A stretch of 64,000 nucleotides of DNA, from NCBI GenBank assembly GCA_964456235.1, contig CAYWDX010000001.1, positions 201,210 to 265,209 of the forward strand, given 5' to 3'. Each line of letters begins with the position of its first letter. Position 1 is the stretch's first letter. This DNA is from an uncultured Candidatus Saccharibacteria bacterium (GTDB lineage Bacteria > Patescibacteriota > Minisyncoccia > UBA6257 > 2-01-FULL-56-20). This document shows positions 8,044 to 17,961 of the stretch, piece after piece. Under the pieces are notes generated by a model that worked only from the letters and a program-made list of their open reading frames with translations, was not told the origin of the DNA and searched no databases. The translations under genes were made by a program, and so were the position numbers.

Positions 8044-10628
8044 AGCATGTAACGAAAATCGCGGCCGTAGGATTTCTCGTCGCGGTCACGGCGGTTGCCG
8101 CCGTGAGCTTCGCGCCACATCGTTCGAATGCCCAGAGCGCTCCGGCCATCACACTTTGCGCTGGGAATTCTTCTCTGTCTGGCGGAGGCTCTAACGCTTA
8201 CCGCCGATTCGATGTGCAGTGCGTGACTGGGCCCTCGGTAAGCCTCTGGCACGGGATGGATCCTCAAACGATCACCATGAGCTGGGCTGGGCCGTCAACC
8301 TATACCGGACAAGATTTCAGCATCGCTTTTCAAGACAGCGAGAGCAATTCGGGTACGGGATGTTTTAACGGCGGGGGCAGCAACCCAAATTCAACGTACG
8401 CGACGACACCTCCGGTGAGCGCGGGTGGCGGGAGCGACATAGCCGTGAACGGCGGGTCTAACACGCCCGAATGTTTTTCTGCAAACATCATTTACAACCC
8501 CGGTTTCGTGAACAATGCGACGATCAATGGCGCCACTCTGTTCTGCTCAGGTAACACCTGCACCGTTTCACTTTCCACAAACGTGACGTCCGCCGGGGCA
8601 ACGTGCACCGTTGACTCTCCAACCGTCACATCCGGACAGGTGGCGACGTTCACCGTCACTCCTTCGGGAACTTTCACGATGACCAAAACAACTTCGCGTT
8701 TCGCTTTCATCGTGAAGCCGCTCCAAAATCTTGCTTCGGCGATTCAAGGATTCTTTAGTCCGCGCGCATATGGGAACCAGGCGCCGATACTGCAAAATGG
8801 TGGAGGCGGTGGCGGGGGTGGAGGAGGTGGCGGCACGGGGACGACCACGCCCAACTATTCATGGAACGCGAACCCGTCAGGAATGATCGCCTGCGGTAAT
8901 GCGGCGACGTGCACCACCGCACCACTTACCGCTTCGATCGCGCCCGGCCAGATCACGACCGTCGTCCAGAGCCAGAGCGGCGCGACTTCCGTGACCGCAA
9001 GCTGCCCCGGCGTCACCGTCGTGGGTGCGCCCGGAACCATCACCGTGAATTCGCAGAATTCCCAAACCGGCCAGCCGGTTGCGGCGACCTGGGATTTCCC
9101 GGATGCGTATGATCCATGCCAGAGCGCATCATGCTCAAACTTGACGTCTGCCACCTATAACAATGTTCCTTCTGAAAGCACTTACGAGCCAATTCCTTCG
9201 GGTTCAAGTCAACAAGGCCAGTTCGCTTTTAATACTTCGAGGGGCTTTGCTTCTATGGCGTTTGCTCCAAATTTCCTGAAGGGACTCGTGAACATTGCTG
9301 CTGCATACACCGTAGCACCGGGGCCCCAATACTTGCCCTCCGGTGGGACCGTTGCGTTTACTATTAATTGGGATCCTATCGCTGCACTCCAAATTTCTGC
9401 CGGAACGTCCGCGCTCACTTCTTCAAGTACGAATGACACGATCACCATCACGAACACCGGTGCGCCAGGATCGAACCTCACGTGGACTTCGAGCGTGAGC
9501 TACAGCCAGGGAAATAACTGGCTCACAGTTTCACCTGCTTCTAACGGAGCGGGCTTGGTCAACGGAACTTCTGGTAACGTATCGCAAAATGTGACGGTTA
9601 CGGCAAACCCCGCGGCCGTGGGCAACGTGCCGGGCACTTACAATGCGACGGTTTCCTTTGTCGGGAACTCGGAAACGTCATGCGCCGATAATATAGGCTG
9701 CCCCCTTCCCTCCACGCCACTTTCTGTTTCTCTCACTATCCCGAATCCCCCGCCGCCAGGCTCTTCGGTGAGCGGCGTGAGCGTTAGTTGTGTGCCGAGT
9801 TCGATCCAGGTGCAGCAGACGTCGGCATGTACCGCCGTCGTCTCGGGATCCGGCAGCTTCAATAACACCGTCGTTTGGAATACTAACTTTGGGACAATTA
9901 ATTCGAGTGGCGTTTACACCGCTCCTTCAAATGCGACGGGCACGGCGACCGTCACCGCGACCTCGGTCCAGGACAGTACACAGTCTGGAACGGCGACCGT
10001 GCAGGTTAGCGCGGCCGGATCCGGAATCCCGGGCAACGGCGCGAGTACGGTTACGAGCGTTACGATTAGTTGCAATCCGAGTCAGGTGAACACAAACGGC
10101 GTGAGCTCGTGCACGGGAGTCGTGAATGGCACCGGCAACCCGAGCCAGGCTATCACGTGGAGCACGAACTTCGGCTCGATCAACAGCGCCGGGACCTATG
10201 TTGCCCCTGGCGTCGCAGGAACCGCAACGGTTTTCGGCACTTCCGCCCAGGATCCAACCAAGAGCGACAACACAACGATTGATGTTACCACTCCGTCTGC
10301 TCCGCCCGGGCCGCCCGGCGGTGGTGGTGGAGGCGGTGGAGGAGGGGGTGGCGGTGTTGGTGCCCCAAGTTGTACCTTCTCGATCCAGCCGAACCGCATA
10401 ATCCCTCCGGCACAAGCGACCGTGAGTTGGTCTTGCACCAACAGTCCGACGTGCACACTCTCTGACGGAACGAACCCGCCGATGCCGGTGAATGCGACGC
10501 AGAGTATCCTCATCAGCCCAACGCGCACCACCGTCTACACGCTCTCCTGTTCCAATGCCGGCGGATCGTTTAACGCATCGAGCACGATCGTGGTCCAGGG
10601 ATCAAGAATTATTGAGATCAATCCGTAG
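8040..10628 (+). CDS. Large secreted surface protein with Ig-like (Big_2-type) repeats and two poly-Gly linkers
   Basis: Signal peptide MKHVTKIAAVGFLVAVTAVAAVSFA. Repeated TATVTATSVQD.T.SGTATV motifs. G13 and PPGPPG-G13 tracts are encoded by mixed GGN codons. Rich in S/T/N/G. Confidence 0.7.
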   Translation: MKHVTKIAAVGFLVAVTAVAAVSFAPHRSNAQSAPAITLCAGNSSLSGGGSNAYRRFDVQCVTGPSVSLWHGMDPQTITMSWAGPSTYTGQDFSIAFQDSESNSGTGCFNGGGSNPNSTYATTPPVSAGGGSDIAVNGGSNTPECFSANIIYNPGFVNNATINGATLFCSGNTCTVSLSTNVTSAGATCTVDSPTVTSGQVATFTVTPSGTFTMTKTTSRFAFIVKPLQNLASAIQGFFSPRAYGNQAPILQNGGGGGGGGGGGGTGTTTPNYSWNANPSGMIACGNAATCTTAPLTASIAPGQITTVVQSQSGATSVTASCPGVTVVGAPGTITVNSQNSQTGQPVAATWDFPDAYDPCQSASCSNLTSATYNNVPSESTYEPIPSGSSQQGQFAFNTSRGFASMAFAPNFLKGLVNIAAAYTVAPGPQYLPSGGTVAFTINWDPIAALQISAGTSALTSSSTNDTITITNTGAPGSNLTWTSSVSYSQGNNWLTVSPASNGAGLVNGTSGNVSQNVTVTANPAAVGNVPGTYNATVSFVGNSETSCADNIGCPLPSTPLSVSLTIPNPPPPGSSVSGVSVSCVPSSIQVQQTSACTAVVSGSGSFNNTVVWNTNFGTINSSGVYTAPSNATGTATVTATSVQDSTQSGTATVQVSAAGSGIPGNGASTVTSVTISCNPSQVNTNGVSSCTGVVNGTGNPSQAITWSTNFGSINSAGTYVAPGVAGTATVFGTSAQDPTKSDNTTIDVTTPSAPPGPPGGGGGGGGGGGGGVGAPSCTFSIQPNRIIPPAQATVSWSCTNSPTCTLSDGTNPPMPVNATQSILISPTRTTVYTLSCSNAGGSFNASSTIVVQGSRIIEINP

Positions 10629-10672
10629 CGGTGCGTGAGGCGCGAATCGCGCGCGATATAAATACAAAAGAA

Positions 10673-10711
10673 AGGCCCGCTGGCGAAGCCAGCGGGCTGT
10701 TGGTTTTTCTT
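10673..10711. terminator. Bidirectional rho-independent terminator between convergent surface-protein genes
   Basis: GCCCGCTGGC gaa GCCAGCGGGC hairpin flanked by A-run and T-run. Confidence 0.7.
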
Positions 10712-10721
10712 GCTGAAAATC

Positions 10722-12587
10722 TTACTGGAAAGCGACGAGGGAACACTGGGCGTACATGCATACGCCAATGCGTCCGTCGTTCGCCGAAAAGAAGCCAGCA
10801 CCGAGGAGTGCGCTCGTCGCGGTGAGCGGCGTCGCAACTCCGTTCGCGTCCACCTTCACAAAACGCGTGAGGCGGGCATTCGTATCGGCGTAAGCGACGA
10901 TGAATACCTGATGCGTCTCATCCGCGGCGAGCCGAAATGGCACGCCGGGGACGAGGCCTTGCAGGTTCACCGTGCGCGTGACCGTACGCGAGGAGAGCGA
11001 CACCACCGCGAGGAGCTGGTCGAAGCTGCTCAACACGGCCGCGTTGCCCGATGACGCCCCCGCATTGATCGCCGCCACCTGCCATCCACCGCTCGTCGCG
11101 TTGGGCAGCTGGGAGGAGCGAGTGAATCCGGTAAGCGCCGTCGTACCTCGAAGCGCCATCCCCGCCGTGTTGAAAACATACAGCGCGGGCGGCGAATCGT
11201 CCTTCGCGTAAGAAACTACGTCGAGTTCCCCGCCAACCAAAGCCATCGCGAGCGACCAGGGGAGGTTCCCAGCGTTGGCAGAAGTCGGCACGAGGGTGGT
11301 TTGGCTTGGATCGAAACAGGTCACCGCATTGCTGTTTGGCTGCGTGATGCAGGCCTGCTTCGATTTCGCCGCTACTCCGAATGCCTCTGTCCCACTATTG
11401 AGGCCGGCGACGGGATTTCCGGTCGATGGGTTGATGACCACCGAAGGATGTCCGATCAACGTCTGAGCGGAAATCACATACCCGGTCACGTCATCAACCG
11501 CGATTGCTGAATTGCCTCCAGGAAGGAAGGTGCGGTTCAGGGTGCCATCTGCGTTAAAGTAGATCGCCCCTGCGCTGCTCCCACTAGCATTCCCTTTGGC
11601 GAATTGGAAGAAGGTGCCATTCGCTGGATTCTTCGTCGCCGTGTTTTGGTCGCCGAGAAGCCCAATCGAACTAGTATTCGAAGTCGCACCGTTTGGGTCG
11701 CTCACTGAAATGTCGATCCAGCCAGCGGCCTGCTGCGGAGTTCCGAATGGCAACCCGATTGCTATCGAGGTCGGGCTGACGGTTCCCATGAGCACCACAT
11801 CGCCGAATGAAACCGCTGGTGCTATGTGGACCGTTTGCCCGGCGGCGAACCCCGAGCCGTTGATGGTTACCCCAAGAGCGGCTGGAGCGCCCGCGACGGC
11901 GAAATAGACGGTCGTGCGATTCAGCGAGTTGATCTGGAGCGCCGTGATCGTTACGGTTGCCGTCGCGGACTTTGTTGAGTCAGCAACGGACGTCGCCGTC
12001 ACGAGCACTTGCTTTGCGTTCGATACCGCAGGCGCCGCGTAAAGACCCGACGAGTTCACCGTGCCAGTTGGGGTGGTGTCACCTTGCGCGGCGTTTCTCA
12101 CCGACCAGGTAACCGACGCGTTCGCACTATTCGTGACCGTAGCCGCGAATTGCTGCGAACCGTTCGATGGCACCGTCGCGCTCGTTGGCGAAACAGCGAC
12201 CGTGACGGGGTTGACCGCTACGGTTGCCGATCCCGACTTCGACGCATCCGCGACCGCGGTCGCCGTGATCGTGAAGGTCGTGGCCGTTGCAACCGATGGA
12301 GCCGTGTAAACGCCGCTCGCTGTGATCGCGCCGACGGTCGTGTTACCGCCCGCGACACTGTTCACCGACCAGGTGACCGCCGTGTTCGTTGAATTGGTTA
12401 CGGTTGCCGTGAACTGCTGCGTGGCCCCCGTGTTGATCGTCGTCGGCCCCGCTGGCGAAACCGATACCGTGATGATTGGCGTGATTTGGGCCGACGTGTT
12501 GCCACTCGCGCCACCACCGCCGCAGCCTGTCAAAATGAACAGGCAGGCGGCGATCGCGAGTATCGCATTTACCGGAAGCGTCTTCAT
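10722..12587 (-). CDS. Surface lipoprotein with tandem Ig-like repeats
   Basis: Lipobox LTGC after a signal peptide (MKTLPVNAILAIAACLFILTGCGGGG). Tandem ~95-aa repeats of the TATVTNS.N..VTWSV type, also visible as nucleotide-level repeats. Confidence 0.7.
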   Translation of the reverse strand: MKTLPVNAILAIAACLFILTGCGGGGASGNTSAQITPIITVSVSPAGPTTINTGATQQFTATVTNSTNTAVTWSVNSVAGGNTTVGAITASGVYTAPSVATATTFTITATAVADASKSGSATVAVNPVTVAVSPTSATVPSNGSQQFAATVTNSANASVTWSVRNAAQGDTTPTGTVNSSGLYAAPAVSNAKQVLVTATSVADSTKSATATVTITALQINSLNRTTVYFAVAGAPAALGVTINGSGFAAGQTVHIAPAVSFGDVVLMGTVSPTSIAIGLPFGTPQQAAGWIDISVSDPNGATSNTSSIGLLGDQNTATKNPANGTFFQFAKGNASGSSAGAIYFNADGTLNRTFLPGGNSAIAVDDVTGYVISAQTLIGHPSVVINPSTGNPVAGLNSGTEAFGVAAKSKQACITQPNSNAVTCFDPSQTTLVPTSANAGNLPWSLAMALVGGELDVVSYAKDDSPPALYVFNTAGMALRGTTALTGFTRSSQLPNATSGGWQVAAINAGASSGNAAVLSSFDQLLAVVSLSSRTVTRTVNLQGLVPGVPFRLAADETHQVFIVAYADTNARLTRFVKVDANGVATPLTATSALLGAGFFSANDGRIGVCMYAQCSLVAFQ

Positions 12588-12718
12588 TAGCTTCTTTTCC
12601 TTTCTATTCAGATTGGCAGGCTACTCCGATAAAACTAGAAATCAGAGCTCTGCTGCTGCGTGCACTATGCTATGAAATTGACGATTTGTCAAAGGAAACT
12701 CGGCGAAAAACTTATTTG

Positions 12719-12790
12719 GGTGCCCACCGGGAATTGAACCCGGATTGCTGCTGCCACAGAGCAGAGCTTTGCCATTAAGCTATGGGCACC
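12719..12790 (-). tRNA. tRNA-His (anticodon GTG) with the extra G-1
   Basis: Reverse complement folds as G-1 + GTGCCCA acceptor (8 bp with C73), D-arm GCTT..AAGC, anticodon stem CTGCT/AGCAG with loop CTGTGGC, T-arm CCGGG TTCAATT CCCGG. Confidence 0.8.
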
Positions 12791-12887
12791 ATCACTTTTA
12801 CTCACTTCACATTCACGCACGCATTACATCATAATTATATTACAAAGAATAGCAACCGGTTTTCGCCTGTGCTATACTTAAGCCGCT

Positions 12888-14723
12888 ATGACGACCCTCT
12901 CTAAAAATATTCTGTGGGCGGTGCTCTCGCTCATCGTGATTGCGGTGATTTTTTCACTTTTTGCGCCCCCATCGACCAGCTCTTCGACCATCACGCTGAA
13001 TCAGCTCGCCAGTAAAATTAATGCCGGGCAAGTTTCGAAAATTGTTGTGAATGGCGATGACCTCGCCGTGACACTCAAAGATGGCACGAAGGATTCTGCG
13101 ACGAAAGAAGCAGAAACCGGCCTTCTCGAAACGCTCAAAAATTATAATGTGGATGCGCAAAAATTGAGCGCGATTGATCTGTCGGTGGAAAATGTGCAAA
13201 GCGGGTGGGAATTTTGGGCCGGAATTTTGATTCCGACCGTGCTGCCCCTGCTCGCGATCGGTTTTTTCTTCTGGCTGATGTTTCGGCAGGCGCGCTCGGG
13301 TGTGAATCAGGCGTTCAGTTTTGGACGATCGAACCTGCGGCTCTCTTCATTTAAGGACAAGGTTATGTTTAGAGATGTGGCGGGCCTTAAAGAGGCGAAG
13401 GACGAGCTCATCGAGGTTGTCGATTTCTTAAAAAATCCTAAAAAGTTTCTTGACTTGGGCGCGCGCATCCCGCGCGGCATCCTTTTGATGGGCCCGCCAG
13501 GAACCGGCAAAACCCTCGTTGCCCGCGCTGTTGCTGGCGAAAGCGGCGTCCCTTTCTTTTATATTTCCGCATCCGAATTCGTTGAAATGTTTGTCGGCGT
13601 CGGAGCCTCCCGCACCCGCGACGCGTTCATGACCGCGAAACGCGCCGCGCCGGCGATCCTATTTATCGATGAAATCGACGCCGTCGGCCGCCAGCGCGGC
13701 GCGGGGCTCGGCGGCGGCAACGACGAACGGGAACAGACGTTGAACCAGATCCTGGTCGAGATGGACGGTTTTGATCGTGACACCCGCGTGATCGTACTCG
13801 CCGCGACGAATCGTCCTGACATCCTCGACCCGGCGCTGCTCCGTCCGGGACGGTTTGATCGCCGCGTGATTCTCGACCTCCCCGACCTGAACGACCGCGC
13901 CGCGATCCTCAAAATCCATGCCGAAGGCAAGCTCATCGAAAAAGATGTCGACCTCCGCAAAGTCGCGGTGCGCACGCCGGGTTTTTCGGGCGCCGATCTC
14001 GCGAATTTGATGAACGAAGGGGCGATCATCGCCGCGCGCCATGAGAAGAAATTGATCGGCCAGGCAGAATTTTATGAAGCGGCGGAGAAAGTGATCCTCG
14101 GCCCCGAACGCCGCAGCCGCGTGATTTCCCAGAAGGAAAAAGAAATCACGGCATACCACGAGGGCGGGCATGCGCTCGTCGCTGCGGCAATGAAAGACGC
14201 TGACCCGGTCCATAAAGTTTCGATCGTGAGCCGTGGCATGGCCGGCGGCTATACGATGAAACTCCCCATCGAGGACCAGCACTTGAAAACGCGCGCGCAG
14301 TTCCTCGCCGACCTCGCCATGATGATGGGTGGCTATGCATCTGAAAAATTAATTTTCGGCGACATTTCGACCGGCGCTTCGAATGACCTGAAAGAGGCTT
14401 CGGCGCTTGCGCGGCGCCTGGTCACGCGTTACGGCATGAGCGAACTCGGTCCGGTCACGTTTGGAAAATCAGAAGACCTCATCTTCCTCGGGCGCGAAAT
14501 TTCTACCGAGAAAAATTATTCTGAAAAAGTGGCAGCGGAAATTGACCAGCAAGTTCATGGTTTTCTCTCGCGGGCGTACGAAACTGCCGAGAAAATCCTC
14601 AAGGGTCACAAAAATGTCCTCAAAAAAATTGCCGACGCTCTCATGGAGCGAGAAACGCTTGAGCAAGAAGATTTCTATAGCATCCTGAAGCCCTTTAAAA
14701 TCAGGCCAGCTGGCGCGGCGTAG
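12888..14723 (+). CDS. ftsH: ATP-dependent zinc metalloprotease FtsH
   Basis: Two N-terminal TM segments, AAA+ Walker [12 protein letters not shown], and the HEGGHA zinc motif (written AYHEGGHAL). Confidence 0.95.
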   Translation: MTTLSKNILWAVLSLIVIAVIFSLFAPPSTSSSTITLNQLASKINAGQVSKIVVNGDDLAVTLKDGTKDSATKEAETGLLETLKNYNVDAQKLSAIDLSVENVQSGWEFWAGILIPTVLPLLAIGFFFWLMFRQARSGVNQAFSFGRSNLRLSSFKDKVMFRDVAGLKEAKDELIEVVDFLKNPKKFLDLGARIPRGILLMGPPGTGKTLVARAVAGESGVPFFYISASEFVEMFVGVGASRTRDAFMTAKRAAPAILFIDEIDAVGRQRGAGLGGGNDEREQTLNQILVEMDGFDRDTRVIVLAATNRPDILDPALLRPGRFDRRVILDLPDLNDRAAILKIHAEGKLIEKDVDLRKVAVRTPGFSGADLANLMNEGAIIAARHEKKLIGQAEFYEAAEKVILGPERRSRVISQKEKEITAYHEGGHALVAAAMKDADPVHKVSIVSRGMAGGYTMKLPIEDQHLKTRAQFLADLAMMMGGYASEKLIFGDISTGASNDLKEASALARRLVTRYGMSELGPVTFGKSEDLIFLGREISTEKNYSEKVAAEIDQQVHGFLSRAYETAEKILKGHKNVLKKIADALMERETLEQEDFYSILKPFKIRPAGAA

Positions 14724-14726
14724 AAA

Positions 14727-14766
14727 CCCAGCGCTACTTTTCCCCGGCGCCGGGTTTGGTTTGATA
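14727..14766 (+). terminator. Rho-independent terminator after ftsH
   Basis: AAACCCAGCGC ... CCCGGCGCCGGG palindrome followed by TTTGGTTT. Confidence 0.55.
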
Positions 14767-14824
14767 TAATGAAGTTGAGGAAAGGTCGAACCAAATCATC
14801 TTGATTTTCCGATCTTTATTCACC

Positions 14825-15049
14825 ATGAAAGCACTTCACGTTATCGCCTTCATTTTGCTCGTCATTGGAGGCCTCAACTGGCTCCTCTTCGCCTTTGGAT
14901 ACAACCTGGTAGACTCGCTCTTCGGCATGGGCTCGACCCTCGCGATGGTGGTCTATATCCTCGTTGGTCTTTCGGCCTTGTTCGAAATTTTCACGCACAA
15001 ATCCACGTGCCGCCTCTGCGGTGGCAACATGGGGATGGGCATGAAGTAA
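14825..15049 (+). CDS. DUF378-family small membrane protein
   Basis: MKALHVIAFILLVIGGLNWLLFAFGYNLVDSLFG matches the DUF378 (YuzA-like) consensus. A TATAAT hexamer lies about 50 nt upstream. Confidence 0.65.
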   Translation: MKALHVIAFILLVIGGLNWLLFAFGYNLVDSLFGMGSTLAMVVYILVGLSALFEIFTHKSTCRLCGGNMGMGMK

Positions 15050-15054
15050 ATCTG

Positions 15055-15124
15055 CAAAATAAAATATGATACTCCTTGGTCATGGGCTCTTTTTGATGCC
15101 CCCGGAGTATCATATTTTATTTTG
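15055..15124. repeat. Perfect 21-bp inverted repeat (CAAAATAAAATATGATACTCC) with a 28-nt spacer
   Basis: Both arms read directly from the sequence; lies between the DUF378 gene and convergent cobA. Confidence 0.85.
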
Positions 15125-15173
15125 TGCGCCTTTTTAGAAAAGCGGGTTCCTCATTCTTCCCAATTCTAAAAAA

Positions 15174-15701
15174 TTAGAATTCGATCAGGGATTTTGCTTT
15201 TTTGCCTTCGGCGAAGGGATGTTTGATCTCGCGCATCTCGGTTGCGAGGTCGGCGCGGTCGATGAACTCTTGCGGGGCGCCGCGGCCGGTCATGAGGAGT
15301 AATTTTTCTTCCGGATAATCATCCACGGCGTCGAGAACTTCCCGGACGGTGAGGAGGCCGAGCGAAGTTGCGACATTGATTTCATCAAGCACGATGAGCG
15401 CCCACTTGCCAGATTTTTTTTCTTCGGCAAATGCGGCGAGCGCCTGCCGAGCCGCCTCGCGATGCTTTTCGATGGGAAGTTTGTCGCCCAAGATGCCGAC
15501 GAAACCGAGACCCATCTTTCGTATTTCAAATTTTTCTTTTGGGATGTTGAGCTGCGCCGCGAGCCCGTCTTCACCCGAAACCCACGGGCCCTTGATGAAC
15601 TGAATCATGAGCGCCGCTTTCCCCCGACCCATCACCCGCACCATCTGGCCAAGCGATGCCGTCGTCTTCCCTTTCCCATTGCCGGTAAACACGATAATCA
15701 T
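15174..15701 (-). CDS. cobA: Cob(I)yrinic acid a,c-diamide (corrinoid) adenosyltransferase, CobA/BtuR type
   Basis: MIIVFTGNGKGKTTASLGQ (P-loop) plus conserved CobA/CobO core. The longer ORF N-terminal extension overlaps a tRNA and is rejected. Confidence 0.8.
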   Translation of the reverse strand: MIIVFTGNGKGKTTASLGQMVRVMGRGKAALMIQFIKGPWVSGEDGLAAQLNIPKEKFEIRKMGLGFVGILGDKLPIEKHREAARQALAAFAEEKKSGKWALIVLDEINVATSLGLLTVREVLDAVDDYPEEKLLLMTGRGAPQEFIDRADLATEMREIKHPFAEGKKAKSLIEF

Positions 15702-15775
15702 GGTGGGCACGCCTGGATTCGAACCAGGAACCGGACGTGTATAAGACGTCTGCTCTGCCGTTGAGCTACATGCCC
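15701..15775 (-). tRNA. tRNA-Ile with anticodon TAT (UAU), CCA encoded
   Basis: Reverse complement GGGCATGTAGCTCAACGGCAGAGCAGACGTCTTATACACGTCCGGTTCCTGGTTCGAATCCAGGCGTGCCCACCA folds as a canonical 75-nt cloverleaf with anticodon loop CUUAUAC. Confidence 0.65.
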
Positions 15776-15817
15776 TTCTGCTTGTCCCATGGCCCCCGAG
15801 GGCCCACAAACACGGTA

Positions 15818-16414
15818 TTACTTGTTTACTATAGCATCAAACCGGTCCATCGCCTGACCAGCCTGCGCGTTGAAATTGTTGATGGCGTTCACGTCGGTGT
15901 TGATTTGGTTCACGAGCGCGGTCACTTTGGCGTCGGTACTCCCACTTGCGCCCGTGAAGCGGCTGCGGAGCGTCTCGAGCAGTTGCTCAAGGTCGCCACT
16001 ATAATTGATCAGCTGGTTGATGAGCGCGAGGCGGTTTGAAATTGACTCGAGGGCGGCCTGCTGCGCATTGAAATTTGAAATGTTCGAAAGATTTTTTGTC
16101 ATTTCGCCAACCTGCCCAGAAAGCGCGATCGCCTGGTTGCGAATTTCTTCGCTCTGCGCGACGAGGCTTGTCGTGAGCGTGAGCGCCTGGGTGTAATCCC
16201 CCTGCTTATCGAGCTCGTTCACACGCTTCAGATCTTCGGTTGACTGGTTCGAAATATTCACGATGTTCTGGGCGATCAACGCCCCCTGAAGACGAGCGTC
16301 AGTGAAATTTTGCGGCACCGCGCCACTTCCCCTCGTGAACTGCGCGATCGCATATCCTCCCGCGACGATCGCGAGGAAGGCGAGAATGATTTTGGTCTTA
16401 CGGGACCTGAACAT
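15818..16414 (-). CDS. Hypothetical membrane-anchored coiled-coil protein
   Basis: N-terminal TM (IILAFLAIVAGGYAIA) followed by a low-complexity, helical Q/N/L-rich region. Confidence 0.5.
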   Translation of the reverse strand: MFRSRKTKIILAFLAIVAGGYAIAQFTRGSGAVPQNFTDARLQGALIAQNIVNISNQSTEDLKRVNELDKQGDYTQALTLTTSLVAQSEEIRNQAIALSGQVGEMTKNLSNISNFNAQQAALESISNRLALINQLINYSGDLEQLLETLRSRFTGASGSTDAKVTALVNQINTDVNAINNFNAQAGQAMDRFDAIVNK

Positions 16415-16543
16415 TGTTTCCCATCATTCTTACCAGAAAAATTTGAAAAACGCAAATAAAAATGGTAGTTTCAAACGCATAGAGCAAGTGGCACGCGTCT
16501 CAACAAGTTGCGTGCGTGACCCGGGAGATGCGCGTGAGCACGC

Positions 16544-16617
16544 GCGGGTATCGTATAACGGCATTACCGCAGGTTTCCAACCTGCTGACAGGGGTTCGAC
16601 TCCCCTTACCCGCTCCA
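16544..16617 (+). tRNA. tRNA-Gly (anticodon TCC), CCA encoded
   Basis: GCGGGTATCGTATAACGGCATTACCGCAGGTTTCCAACCTGCTGACAGGGGTTCGACTCCCCTTACCCGCTCCA closely resembles the E. coli tRNA-Gly(UCC) layout. Confidence 0.85.
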
Positions 16618-16789
16618 AGCCCTTGACATTTCTGACCAAATATTCCGCGACGATAAATATCCCCCAGAAAACTGCCTGCGGTTTCTTTCAGTGTAGGTGG
16701 TTATCTCATTCCTACAAGAGACGAAACGGGAATGGGTCGAACCCTTCTTCTATGGGGATAGGTTCTGGAAGGGTCGGGGTGAGATCTGT

Positions 16790-16922
16790 TTTGCAATGCA
16801 TACCGCTAACGACATGTGCGTTCTCGATTCCATCGGCGGGGACATACAGTGTGACAGTGACCAACCCAAATCAACCAGGCGGCGTTACCGCGAGTGCATC
16901 GGCGACGTTTGCGGTGCAGTGA
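16790..16922 (+). pseudogene. Orphan C-terminal fragment paralogous to the C-terminus of the 32469..34547 secreted protein
   Basis: Frame ends ...TCAFSIPSAGTYSVTVTNPNQPGGVTASASATFAVQ*, compared with ...SFTTSFANPGTYSVTVTNVPAGASSQSASCAVTIQ* at 34547. No intact N-terminal part is present. Confidence 0.5.
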
Positions 16923-17384
16923 ACATCGGCAGCCGATCCAGGCCCGTATCGCAGGGATAAGCAGTCGTCGTGCGACTCATGTTGACAATATCGGGTAGGG
17001 TGTTCCGCGCAGCAATTATCTTACGGGAGGACGCAAAGCAGCCACGAATGAGTGAGCGCACAGAAAACCAAGTGAATATACACTCCGAGCTGCCACGCAA
17101 GTATTCCTGGAACCAATAATATCGTTGCGATCCTAGCGTGGCCAGACTTGTATAGTTGAATGATAAGGAAAAGCTCCGCTAGGAAAGCGACATTCATGAC
17201 CGCGGAAAGCAAGATGCACAAGATGATGGCTATTACTCGCACCCAATCGACTCGATTGTTCGTCGCAATCGGTGTCGAGGCGGAGCCTCTGTCATTCATA
17301 GACTTAATTAAAGAGCACCTGCAGATGTTGTCAAGTGGGCCTGGCCTACCGCACGACTCTCTTCGATAGATGGTTATGGCACGT

Positions 17385-17458
17385 CTGGCGTCATAACAAA
17401 ACGCGCCTTCGTAATCCGACACCAGTTGGTTATGAAGGCGCGTTTTGTTATGACGCCA
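17385..17458. repeat. 23-bp perfect inverted repeat (GCGTCATAACAAAACGCGCCTTC) with a 26-nt spacer
   Basis: Both arms read from the sequence; located in the degraded region downstream of tRNA-Gly. Confidence 0.8.
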
Positions 17459-17529
17459 AGCCCGTCTCGGAAGACGCGCCGCATCGAAGCTGGGTGCCTG
17501 CGTGGCGAGCGCCTTATATGTAGGCCTGA

Positions 17530-17665
17530 CGGGGCTCGGTTCCTTGCGAAAGAACACTTGCGCTCCACCCGCAAATGGTTCGCAGTACAGACGATGCTCG
17601 GGGAAGAGCGCGATGATCTGCCGTGCAATTCGGTTCTTGCCTCCGATATAAGGGAGCGGGCCTGT
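17530..17665 (-). pseudogene. N-terminal remnant of a Dam-family (D12 class) N6-adenine DNA methyltransferase
   Basis: GPLPYIGGKNRIARQIIALFPEHRLYCEPFAGGAQVFF matches the Dam motif X/I region. The frame then diverges and no DPPY motif follows. Confidence 0.5.
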
Positions 17666-17961
17666 GCGCATGAAATTGGAGCAGCCTCGGAAACGCCTGC
17701 TCCTGCGAGCCGAAAGGAGGCACCCGTGAGGTGGGTGAGCATAAAACCCGCAAACTGACTCATGAAGAATGATCACGCGGCTTCAGGGATCGCAGGAAGC
17801 AACGGAATATTCCCCGCTGTTTCCTTGTGATTCTCGAAAAAGGTTCGAACGTCGCGGACAATGCCGCTCAAAAGACAAGCAAGACAGGGCCGACTTTGAC
17901 AAAAGTTCATTTTCACTGTATTATATCGCCAGTACTAGATCAATTGAAAAAGGAGGGACCT

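Noticed and set aside
9927-10531. Minus-strand ORFs within the 8040..10628 surface-protein gene
   Set aside because: Out-of-frame shadows of GC-rich Gly/Pro codons; no support.
13559-14340. Minus-strand ORFs inside ftsH
   Set aside because: Antisense to an unambiguous FtsH coding region.
16302-16922. ORF 16302..16922(+) and 16430..16639(-)
   Set aside because: They run through tRNA-Gly. Only the last ~45 codons of the plus ORF show real similarity (to the 34547 C-terminus) and are reported as a pseudogene fragment.
17021-17776. 251-aa minus-strand ORF
   Set aside because: Only residues ~40-82 resemble Dam methylase; the remainder is low-complexity with no motifs, so it is treated as a remnant, not an intact gene.
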